From positions 1,178 through 65,177 of the forward strand of contig CAJXYP010000019.1 of the NCBI GenBank assembly GCA_913063225.1: a DNA stretch of 64,000 nt. Direction: 5' to 3'. Numbering within the stretch: the stretch's first letter is position 1; each line of letters opens with the position of its first letter. Shown piece by piece: positions 35,632-42,541 of this stretch. A model generated the notes under the pieces. That model made no database searches and was not told the origin of the DNA. It saw only the letters and a program-made list of their open reading frames with translations. This stretch comes from an uncultured Cellvibrionales bacterium (GTDB lineage: Bacteria; Pseudomonadota; Gammaproteobacteria; Pseudomonadales; GM7GCV1). Made by a program: the position numbers and the translations under genes.

Positions 35632-35952
35632 CCGATAAAATATAACACCCTACTAAGGGGCCGCTGCGAAGCTGCCGTCCCGCGGAGCCAGCGATAGCTG
35701 GCACAAAGATTGAAGCTGTCGTCCCCGATGTCGAAGGCACAATCAACACTCGGCTGCGCAAGCGAACACCGGCCGGGGACTATGACGCAACGCTTGAGAT
35801 GGACTCGTCTACCAGAGCCAACCGCTATCAGGGGTTAATGGCATTTGCGGTGAGGGGGCCACAACACGCTGCCCTTGGCTGCGTGCCAACGGACTTCACC
35901 GGAAACATATAGAAAGATCGGGACACCCATCAACTTAATCGCTAGAGATAGT

Positions 35953-36152
35953 AACGCAGGGCATTAGGCCAAAGGCTAGTAAACCATGAGGGTAGTAGTG
36001 GATGTCCTGAACTTCGCAAGAATGTAGGCCATTAGCACAAGGACTAGTAAACCGTGACCGTAATAGTGGATGTATAAAACTTCGCTGACGTTGTGGTTTA
36101 CTCTGGCACTTTACACTGACCCTAAAGACCCCAAGTATTACTTGCTTATATG
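35953..36152 (-). repeat. long attC-like element containing an internal tandem duplication
   Basis: The minus strand starts ATATAAGCAAGTAATAC (overlapping a stop codon, as in copy A) and ends CCTGCGTTAC. It has the internal inverted repeat AGTAAACC/GGTTTACT. Confidence 0.4.
35959..36085. repeat. 68-bp-period tandem repeat, about 1.9 copies
   Basis: GGGCATTAGGCCAAAGGCTAGTAAACCATGAGGGTAGTAGTGGATGTCCTGAACTTCGC versus GGCCATTAGCACAAGGACTAGTAAACCGTGACCGTAATAGTGGATGTATAAAACTTCGC. Confidence 0.8.
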
Positions 36153-36301
36153 TTGAATTTTTGTTGAATTAAATTTTCCTGATTTAGCCATAATGAGATT
36201 GATAATGGATTATCAGGTTCCTGACCAAAACGGATTTTATTGCGGATAAGGCTCAAGTCAGGATTATTTTTGTAACTATATTGTTTATCCACGTCCTTCA
36301 T
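36146..36301 (-). CDS. possible 51-aa ORF overlapping the sodX 3' end
   Basis: MKDVDKQYSYKNNPDLSLIRNKIRFGQEPDNPLSISLWLNQENLIQQKFNI. No recognisable motif. It could be non-coding. Confidence 0.25.
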   Translation of the reverse strand: MKDVDKQYSYKNNPDLSLIRNKIRFGQEPDNPLSISLWLNQENLIQQKFNI

Positions 36302-36611
36302 TAGTGCACCACCTCGTCGATCGTGACACCTGCCCAACAACCCGACCTAAGACTTGCGCAGGTTGGATACTACCCAAAGTCAAAGTGTCGGTTGAAGCGG
36401 CAAGATTATCGCCCACTAATAATAGGGTGCCACCGTTTTCTATTGTGATGATTCGTTTAATTATCTTTCCATACTGAGCATGTTCGACCACCACCACATC
36501 GCCTTGTTTAAAGACTGAATGGAGTCGTCGATATGCTATTACAAAATCACTGCAGCAGAAGCTAGGCTGCATGCTATCTCCGGCGACTTTATAACAGCCA
36601 AGCCTAATCAT
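36285..36611 (-). CDS. sodX: S26-family peptidase, NiSOD maturation protease SodX-like
   Basis: GDSMQP (catalytic Ser), GDVVVV, IKRI (Lys) and the GDN box. It lies immediately downstream of sodN. Confidence 0.75.
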   Translation of the reverse strand: MIRLGCYKVAGDSMQPSFCCSDFVIAYRRLHSVFKQGDVVVVEHAQYGKIIKRIITIENGGTLLLVGDNLAASTDTLTLGSIQPAQVLGRVVGQVSRSTRWCTNEGRG

Positions 36612-36650
36612 GTTCTGCTACACATACCAATCATGTGGGTTAGATCAAGG

Positions 36651-37151
36651 TTATTTAAGCTTTGGATAAACAATCATTTCTGCAGGAAGGTAAGGGCTTG
36701 TTGCTGTATACGTTGCAACTTTTTTAGTGCTCCAATAAGCCGCCGCGAATTCATTCACCAAGGCTAATAATTTTTCACCTTTCTCGCGCTCAAGCCCTTG
36801 CTTACACGCAGAACCAGCCAGCATGATGTCGTGTACTAGTGTATGAATATTAGGAAACTGATCAAGCTGAGGCTGTTTAAAATAATCACCCCAGATAATT
36901 CTAATTTCATGCTTAACTTTTTCTGCATGCACTTCTTTCTCAGCCACTAATCGACCTAACTTGGCCTGGTCAGCCAGTGACAGTGTTTCTGTGCTCGCTA
37001 ACTCGTTGATCAAGTCCATAAAGCGAACAGTGCTTAATGTTGCTATTTGTGCCGTAATTGGATCGTAAACTTTACAAGGAATATCACAATGAGCGGAAGC
37101 CGTGTCTATACCTACCAACTTATCGTACAAGCTAATTAGATTGTGCAACAT
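36651..37151 (-). CDS. sodN: nickel superoxide dismutase precursor
   Basis: A pro-peptide followed by the Ni-hook HCDIPCKVYDP. WGDYFKQPQLDQFPNIHTLV parallels Streptomyces SodN WSDYFKPPHFESYPELHTLV. Confidence 0.92.
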   Translation of the reverse strand: MLHNLISLYDKLVGIDTASAHCDIPCKVYDPITAQIATLSTVRFMDLINELASTETLSLADQAKLGRLVAEKEVHAEKVKHEIRIIWGDYFKQPQLDQFPNIHTLVHDIMLAGSACKQGLEREKGEKLLALVNEFAAAYWSTKKVATYTATSPYLPAEMIVYPKLK

Positions 37152-37154
37152 AAT

Positions 37155-37367
37155 TTATTTTTCCTTATTTACAGTTTTAATATTTTTTGATTTGCGTAAA
37201 TAGAACCAGATTCCGGTCCCAATAGCGTAAGCCAATGCCGCTAAAAGAAAAGAATGAACCGCAGGGCTTGCCCAGTGTCCGTGGTCATGGCCTGAATGTG
37301 CTGCTACGAAACTTGCAGGTGTTATCAGCGCTACCGCTAGAGGGAGAGATTTTTTAAATGACATCAT
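37155..37367 (-). CDS. 70-aa membrane protein with a His-rich segment (HSGHDHGHWASPAVH)
   Basis: Hydrophobic N-terminus, His cluster, a second TM segment and a basic tail. Its start overlaps the upstream stop (TAATG), and its stop is 3 nt from the sodN ATG. Confidence 0.65.
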   Translation of the reverse strand: MMSFKKSLPLAVALITPASFVAAHSGHDHGHWASPAVHSFLLAALAYAIGTGIWFYLRKSKNIKTVNKEK

Positions 37368-37810
37368 TATGCAGTGTCCTTAGAAAGATGAAGTATAGGT
37401 TGGAATTCCAACTCGAAAAAAACATTAATGACCTTTTCTTCATGCGCGCTAAAAATGCCTAAGCGTTTAACGTTCGCAGCCAATTCAGTGCCTGCACGTC
37501 GGCTTGCACCGTGAAATGCACTGGTGATGTTAGACGTACCCACATTAATTAAATAATAAGATTTTAACTGCTGATAAAGGTCTTGGTAGGTATTAATAGC
37601 CTGTGAATTATTGTGCTTTCTAAAATGCACATTCGCGATATTTTGATAGCTAATAACCAACGCAACAATTGCTGCTTCAGTATCATCCCAATGAGGCAGC
37701 AACAGGCGTGCGCGCTGGCAAGCCGTTGTATAATGCCGTATCGCGACACCGTCTTGACCTTCGTTAAAGGCTGTATTGCCTTGCAATATCTCTTTTTTCC
37801 ATTGCTCCAT
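37367..37810 (-). CDS. hypothetical 147-aa helical protein, first gene of the NiSOD operon
   Basis: GGGAG Shine-Dalgarno before the ATG at 37810. Translationally coupled to the next gene. I cannot assign a family. Confidence 0.7.
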   Translation of the reverse strand: MEQWKKEILQGNTAFNEGQDGVAIRHYTTACQRARLLLPHWDDTEAAIVALVISYQNIANVHFRKHNNSQAINTYQDLYQQLKSYYLINVGTSNITSAFHGASRRAGTELAANVKRLGIFSAHEEKVINVFFELEFQPILHLSKDTA

Positions 37811-37830
37811 GACTAACTCCCAAAAACTGC

Positions 37831-37876
37831 CTGAATGATAATGATAATGATAATGATAATGATAATCATTATCATT
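37831..37876. promoter_or_regulatory. extended Fur-box array: five tandem GATAAT hexamers plus an inverted CATTATC
   Basis: 37837-37866 is (GATAAT) x 5. 37855-37873 is GATAATGATAATCATTATC, identical to the 19-bp Fur consensus. It overlaps candidate -10 hexamers (TATCAT on the minus strand) 27-66 nt upstream of the operon ATG. Confidence 0.8.
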
Positions 37877-37984
37877 CGTGGTTGTCTATGGATAATTAGT
37901 TTTTTTGAGCAATTTTGGAGGAAAACACGTAAAAATAAATTTAGATTCAAAATAAATCCACCAAATGGCTAAATTTTAGTGAGT

Positions 37985-38440
37985 TAATCTCTCTTTTTCA
38001 TCCAATGTGAACTCAATTATTTTAATGATTTTGCTAAATTCGATTACATCTTGCTCTGAGCCATTCATTTCATAGCCAGATGATCGTGCAACACCTTTTA
38101 TAGATTTAGGGTGTGCCTTCACATACCTTTTCTGCCTGATCTTCTGATAAGACGTTTGCAGTCGCTTTATACTCAGAATTTTTTAATGTAACAAATACTG
38201 AGTTGTTCGCCAAAATGTTCTTAAATCACTGAGATTCCTCACCAAAACCGGATGCTGAATATATCTTTCTGCTGGTTTCATCCTGATCTATGACTTCTAT
38301 TCCAGCTTCTTTAAGGTCTCCAGGTTTTCTTCCCTAATGCTTCAAATGGATAAATCTGTCGCCTAGTAAAAAACCGAGATGAAATCTGTAGAGACATAGT
38401 GGAAGTCTAAATAATTTTAGTTTAAAGCCTTTGGGTAGAG
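37985..38440 (-). pseudogene. decayed cassette ORF (pieces in three frames)
   Basis: Minus-strand fragments MSLQISSRFF..., GRKPGDLKEAGIEVIDQDETSRKIYSASGFGEESQ*, FKNILANNSVFVTLKNSEYKATANVLSEDQAEKVCEGTP* and KSIKGVARSSGYEMNGSEQDVIEFSKIIKIIEFTLDEKERLTH* follow one another in shifting frames. There is no ORF of 60 aa or more in about 600 nt. Confidence 0.4.
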
Positions 38441-38490
38441 TAGGCTCACCTATTGTAGTTAGCATACTAAATTATCCAGATAATTGATTT

Positions 38491-38585
38491 TAACGCCACA
38501 ATAAACGGCAGAAAATAGTTGGCTAAAATGTGAGGCACGAACGATGGCCAACTATTTTATATCCGATTTAATTACCTTGTTATAT
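38491..38585 (-). repeat. attC-like imperfect palindrome (copy B)
   Basis: The minus strand reads ATATAACAAGGTAATTAAATCGGATATAAAATAGTTGGCCATCGTTCGTGCCTCACATTTTAGCCAACTATTTTCTGCCGTTTATTGTGGCGTTA. It has a perfect 12-bp inner stem AAAATAGTTGGC/GCCAACTATTTT and shares its ends and centre with copy A. Confidence 0.65.
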
Positions 38586-38589
38586 GCTT

Positions 38590-39438
38590 TTACTTTTCAT
38601 TGAGTGACTGGAAGTATCGACTTAATGTCTGGGCGCCAAATTTAGGTGCATTCATATCCATAACCAATACATTCAAGAAAAATTCAATAGAGCCATACCT
38701 CTTGGCGTTCAAAAACAACTTACACAAGGTTAATAAAAAAATACGTATCCAATTGGGAATAAACGTTATTTTGACGGGTTTACCAACAGCCTCAAATGCA
38801 ACCTTTGCAAGTTCAACTTGAGTGAAGACTTCAGGTCCGCCAACTAAAATCTCTTTTTCAATATTGGCGATGGCATCTATGCAAACTTTAGCCAAATCAT
38901 CTCCATGTATAGGATTTGATTGATATTCCCCTCTACCAAACAAATAAACCCGACCGTTATCTGCCATCTTGTAAAACTCAGTCATGTCTGAGAAAAAACC
39001 TGTTGGCCTCACTACACAATAGTCCAAACCTGATTCACTCAGCTCTTTAACAAATTTTTCTTTAGCCTCGAAAATTTTAAGTTGTTTAAGTTTGTCTCCA
39101 TGTAAAGCAGATACATATATAAATTTTTTAACACCACTACGCTTAGCTTCGTTAAGTAGGTTTAAGTTTGCTTGATAATCAACATCCATATAAGACAAAC
39201 CATCTTGCTGCCTTGTTATTCCAAGTGAAGAGATTACGACATCTACTCCATCACAGCAGTTAACTAGGGCGCGTGCGTTGGTCGCTTCGGCTTCAAAGAT
39301 ATCAATGTCTGGTTGGAACTCTTCCAGTTTCACCGAGCTACGAGCTAAAGCAACAAGTCGGATTTTTTTTGCGATAAGGTTTTGGACAATAAACTTACCC
39401 AAATAGCCAGTTGAACCTGCTACTAATACTCGTTTCAT
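38590..39438 (-). CDS. NAD(P)H-binding (NmrA/atypical SDR-like) protein
   Basis: MKRVLVAGSTGYLGKFIV Rossmann motif; 282 aa. Confidence 0.85.
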   Translation of the reverse strand: MKRVLVAGSTGYLGKFIVQNLIAKKIRLVALARSSVKLEEFQPDIDIFEAEATNARALVNCCDGVDVVISSLGITRQQDGLSYMDVDYQANLNLLNEAKRSGVKKFIYVSALHGDKLKQLKIFEAKEKFVKELSESGLDYCVVRPTGFFSDMTEFYKMADNGRVYLFGRGEYQSNPIHGDDLAKVCIDAIANIEKEILVGGPEVFTQVELAKVAFEAVGKPVKITFIPNWIRIFLLTLCKLFLNAKRYGSIEFFLNVLVMDMNAPKFGAQTLSRYFQSLNEK

Positions 39439-39499
39439 CGTCTATACCCACAAGTTAATATTGAGCCGGATGGCATATAACAGTGTGTTTAGCCGCTAA

Positions 39500-39859
39500 T
39501 TACTGCACACCATCATTTTTAGGCATTAAATACCAAAGGACAAAACCAGCTAAAAATAGTGCAGGAATATCGCCCAGCATATTTGCGTGTTCGGTTTCAT
39601 CAACAATAGCTTGAGCAAGCATGATTCCTGCGTGAACAAGACTAGACCAAATAGTGAACCAGATGAGACTCGCATTGGCCATTGGGTCTTTCGCAGCGCG
39701 TATCAAAAATATTCCCAATGTTATATAAATACCCATAACCATCTGTTCATATTCTGGTTGTGCCGGGGACCAGCTCCAACCAGAAGGCCAGATGAACATC
39801 ATCATTGCCGGGACACCTACAATAAAAATAGCACCAAACATATAAAGTGCAATTTTCAA
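39500..39859 (-). CDS. small integral membrane protein (about 4 TM segments)
   Basis: Hydrophobic throughout. The listed TTG start has no Shine-Dalgarno. A well-placed AGGAG plus ATG at 39885 is out of frame by one nt across an A7 run. Confidence 0.7.
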   Translation of the reverse strand: MKIALYMFGAIFIVGVPAMMMFIWPSGWSWSPAQPEYEQMVMGIYITLGIFLIRAAKDPMANASLIWFTIWSSLVHAGIMLAQAIVDETEHANMLGDIPALFLAGFVLWYLMPKNDGVQ

Positions 39860-39915
39860 ATACTTTAGTTTTTTTCTTTCTTCATGACATTCTCCTATAG
39901 CTATTTATTAACTGC

Positions 39916-39982
39916 TAACGCCTTACATAAGTTGTAGTTTTGAAGTGCAACGGAAAAACTATCCACTTCATGTATTTTTTAT
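39916..39982 (-). repeat. degenerate attC-like hairpin ending in GGCGTTAGC
   Basis: The minus strand reads ACATGAAGTGGATAGTTTT...AAAACTACAACTTATGT followed by AAGGCGTTAGC. The 5' TAAC box is not preserved. Confidence 0.35.
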
Positions 39983-40443
39983 GTACTCGTTCGGAGTGCA
40001 TAGCGATAACCATAAAAGAATAATAAGCCGGTAACAAACCAAGTAATTCCTGCTACTACACTGACTGTAGTTGTTCTTTCAGGGTAGATGAATGATAACG
40101 GCAATATTACTATTCCTCGAAGTATGCAAATTGTAGCAATAGTATTAATTCCTAATTTCAAAAAAGGAAATTTCCTGATAATGTCAGCACCAGATAAGGC
40201 ATAACATGCACATAACAAAAATAGAGATGAGATGAAGATATTGCCAATAGGTGCTAACCAAGTGCCATCAATGGCGGATTGAAAAACTTCATTTGGAGCC
40301 AACTGAAGTTCATAGCATTTAGGTCCAAAGTAAAGGCAAGATAGATGAGCTATCGCTGTAAATGTAGCGATACCAGAAGCTATGACTAATAGTAGTTTAC
40401 CTTTAAGATTCAGAACTAACTCTCCTTGAGTACATAACGCCAA
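39979..40443 (-). CDS. integral membrane protein (four TM segments, DUF3995-like guess)
   Basis: Hydrophobic 154-aa ORF. The listed TTG start lies inside the upstream attC-like element, so the true start is uncertain. Confidence 0.65.
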   Translation of the reverse strand: MALCTQGELVLNLKGKLLLVIASGIATFTAIAHLSCLYFGPKCYELQLAPNEVFQSAIDGTWLAPIGNIFISSLFLLCACYALSGADIIRKFPFLKLGINTIATICILRGIVILPLSFIYPERTTTVSVVAGITWFVTGLLFFYGYRYALRTST

Positions 40444-40503
40444 GCTTTACGGCTGGTTTGGAGCGAAGCGTAAAACCAGTCTGGTAATAGCGCATTGGTA
40501 TAT
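40435..40503 (-). repeat. short attC-like imperfect palindrome
   Basis: The minus strand reads ATATACCAATGCGCTATTACCAGACTGGTTT TACGCTTCGCTCC AAACCAGCCGTAAAGCTTGGCGTTA. The arms pair with bulged bases. It starts right after the hydrolase stop codon. Confidence 0.45.
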
Positions 40504-41001
40504 TCAATTTTCAAAGAACATCCGTATCTCAGCTACTAAAGTAGCAGGATCTTCTTCAATAACTAAGTGACCTGAATCGGGCACGGTTACGAGTTTAGAA
40601 CCCTTTATTTTACTTTGAAGTACATAGGCCTGCTCGCAAGGTATCCACTGGTCTTCCTCACCCCACAATATGAGAACAGGTGAATTTATCTCATCAAATT
40701 TTTCTTGAAATTCATCAGTGAATTTTGAGTCTGCTTGCGCAATTTGCCTGTAAAATGCATATTTACCCTGTTCGCTACTCCATGGAGCTAATATGCCATC
40801 AATTGTATCCTGCGCTAATTTTTGATGAGCAGCAGTTTTTACATATGCGTCTACAATAGCAGAGTGGATATAGTCAGGCACTCCAGCAAAAGCGCTTTCA
40901 TATTTTTCAATATGCTTGAAAAGAGGGCTGGGTGATCTGATTATTTTTTTTAACGTACCAGACTTGACTAGCCTAGAACTTGATGAAAAATGGCATAGCA
41001 A
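40504..41001 (-). pseudogene. C-terminal fragment of an alpha/beta hydrolase
   Basis: ...SPVLILWGEEDQWIP...VPDSGHLVIEEDP are the Asp and His ends of the catalytic triad. No nucleophile-elbow region is present, and the first codons overlap another gene fragment. Confidence 0.6.
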
Positions 41002-41203
41002 GAAGTGCGAGACCGATAACCACTAGCAGAATAGTGTTGGTGACAAAGTAGGGGGAAATCATCAGTGCCAGACCGGCAGCAAGAGGAGACATCGAACCCT
41101 GATTTTTGCCGTACAGAAAGTAACCGAAGCCAAAAGACCCCAGAACATAGTTGACGAATTCAATCGAAACTCGCGAGTATTTGAAACGAGGTGCAAACCA
41201 ACT
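40973..41203 (-). pseudogene. 3' fragment of a membrane transporter gene (no start codon)
   Basis: 76 open codons: SWFAPRFKYSRVSIEFVNYVLGSFGFGYFLYGKNQGSMSPLAAGLALMISPYFVTNTILLVVIGLALLAMPFFIKF*. A TAA lies immediately upstream. Confidence 0.35.
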
Positions 41204-41430
41204 TTATTTTGAATTCATCCGTCATCTATTTCTCTACTAGTGCAACCTGGATACTGGGTGTATTAACGTTTCACCAATATGCAGCTTAGTGGCAACTATA
41301 GCTAATTAATCGTTCCACCGGCCTACAGGTGTTTTTCAATTGGGACCGGTTGAACTAGCTGGACGTCCTATAGAGGTCGATAGGTCTAATAGGCTAGAAT
41401 CTAGGTATCCAAAAACTGAATCGACGAAAT

Positions 41431-42456
41431 ATGATCAATTACGAGTCACTTTTGTTCGCGTTTATTTTTGCTGTTGTGACCGCTTTTCCCGCGCAGGCCC
41501 ATCACAGCGATGTGGGTATGAATATGGAATCTATGGTCACCATTAACGGTGTGGTCACGGAGTTTAATTGGCGAAATCCTCATGTGTATCTGCTTATTGA
41601 AGTAACTGACGAGCAGGGTGAGACCGAGGAGTGGGAAGTACAGATGGGTTCGGTAAGCGTCTCCCAGCATCGTGGTTGGTCATCTGATTATGTTGCGCCC
41701 GGTGATCGCGTAACGGTTGAGGCATTTGCCCGTCGTAATGGCGATCCCTACGGAATATTGGAGACCCTTGAGCGAGACGGCGGACTCGGTCTTGGTAGAG
41801 ACCTCACGACTCCCGACGGGTTAGCTGTTTCGGAAAGCGTGGCAGGACAATGGATTGCGGATACCTCCTCCTTTCCCGATTATCCGGGTGGTTATGATGG
41901 ACTATTTATCGCCCTGCTGTCCTTAAACGATGCGGCGCGCCAGGCGGCCGCAGATTTTGATCCGCTATCCGACGAAAACCCTAACGCTTCTTGTATGGGT
42001 CGTCCAACGCCAGGTTTTTTTGTTTCTACGGGGTTGTACATGATGGAGATAGAGATCGAAGAAGACGATCTGATTGTTATCCGCAGTGAGCGTGATGCAG
42101 AAGAACGCATGGTCTATATGGATGGCCGTGCGCATCCACCAACTGACCAAATAGTGAATACCGGCCATTCTATTGGTTGGTGGGAAGATGATACCTTGGT
42201 GGTTGATACTACTAATTTCCCATTTCACAGATCGCCCTACCAGACGGGCGTGCCTTCAAGCACGCAGAAGCATGTAGTGGAGCGCTATCGTTTAAACGAT
42301 GCGGGTACTCAAATAGAAGCGGAATTTATGCTGGAAGACCCCGAATATCTCGCAGAGCCTATGACCCACGCAAGGCTGCTAACTTATTCGCCGGAAGCGG
42401 AAATGTTTCTTAGTAAGTGTGATCCGGAATCGGCCAGTAGATTTTTAACGCATTAA
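41431..42456 (+). CDS. secreted protein with a DUF6152-like N-terminal domain
   Basis: Signal peptide, then AHHSDVGMNMESMVTINGVVTEFNWRNPHVYL; 341 aa. The family call is from memory. Confidence 0.7.
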   Translation: MINYESLLFAFIFAVVTAFPAQAHHSDVGMNMESMVTINGVVTEFNWRNPHVYLLIEVTDEQGETEEWEVQMGSVSVSQHRGWSSDYVAPGDRVTVEAFARRNGDPYGILETLERDGGLGLGRDLTTPDGLAVSESVAGQWIADTSSFPDYPGGYDGLFIALLSLNDAARQAAADFDPLSDENPNASCMGRPTPGFFVSTGLYMMEIEIEEDDLIVIRSERDAEERMVYMDGRAHPPTDQIVNTGHSIGWWEDDTLVVDTTNFPFHRSPYQTGVPSSTQKHVVERYRLNDAGTQIEAEFMLEDPEYLAEPMTHARLLTYSPEAEMFLSKCDPESASRFLTH

Positions 42457-42541
42457 GGTACTAATAAGAGGAAAAATAAAGGCGTGACAGCAAGGGGGTA
42501 CCGCCACGCCTTCATTCTTTTCACACACTTAGGGGGAAGTG

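Larger units (their letters stand above)
34330..41340. mobile_element. AT-rich accessory island organised like an integron gene-cassette array without an integrase (CALIN-like)
   Basis: Visibly lower GC than both flanks. Nearly all ORFs are on the minus strand. ORFs are separated by imperfect palindromes with TAAC...GTTA ends. Two repeats of about 90 nt are clearly homologous to each other. There are gene fragments at the right edge, and no tyrosine recombinase ORF. Confidence 0.5.

Noticed and set aside
35632-35952. The idea that the GC-rich block is a group II intron (attC-targeting IIC type) or a retron ncRNA.
   Set aside because: I could find no GUGYG 5' end and no domain V-like GAGC...GAAA...GGUUC helix. 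There is no reverse transcriptase ORF anywhere in the island.
39439-39499. The hairpin GTTATAT GCCATCCGGCTCA ATATTAAC between the membrane-protein and NmrA-like genes, considered as another attC site.
   Set aside because: The boxes are in GTTA...TAAC order, the reverse of an attC. It is only about 30 nt long and lacks the GCGTTA end. It is more likely a simple intergenic hairpin, so the two genes probably share one cassette.
34051-41430. Search for an integron integrase (intI) or any tyrosine recombinase or transposase flanking the cassette-like array.
   Set aside because: No ORF with R..H..R..Y-type recombinase features or DDE motifs is present. ORF 34121-34318 has no recognisable similarity. 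The array is therefore reported as integrase-less.
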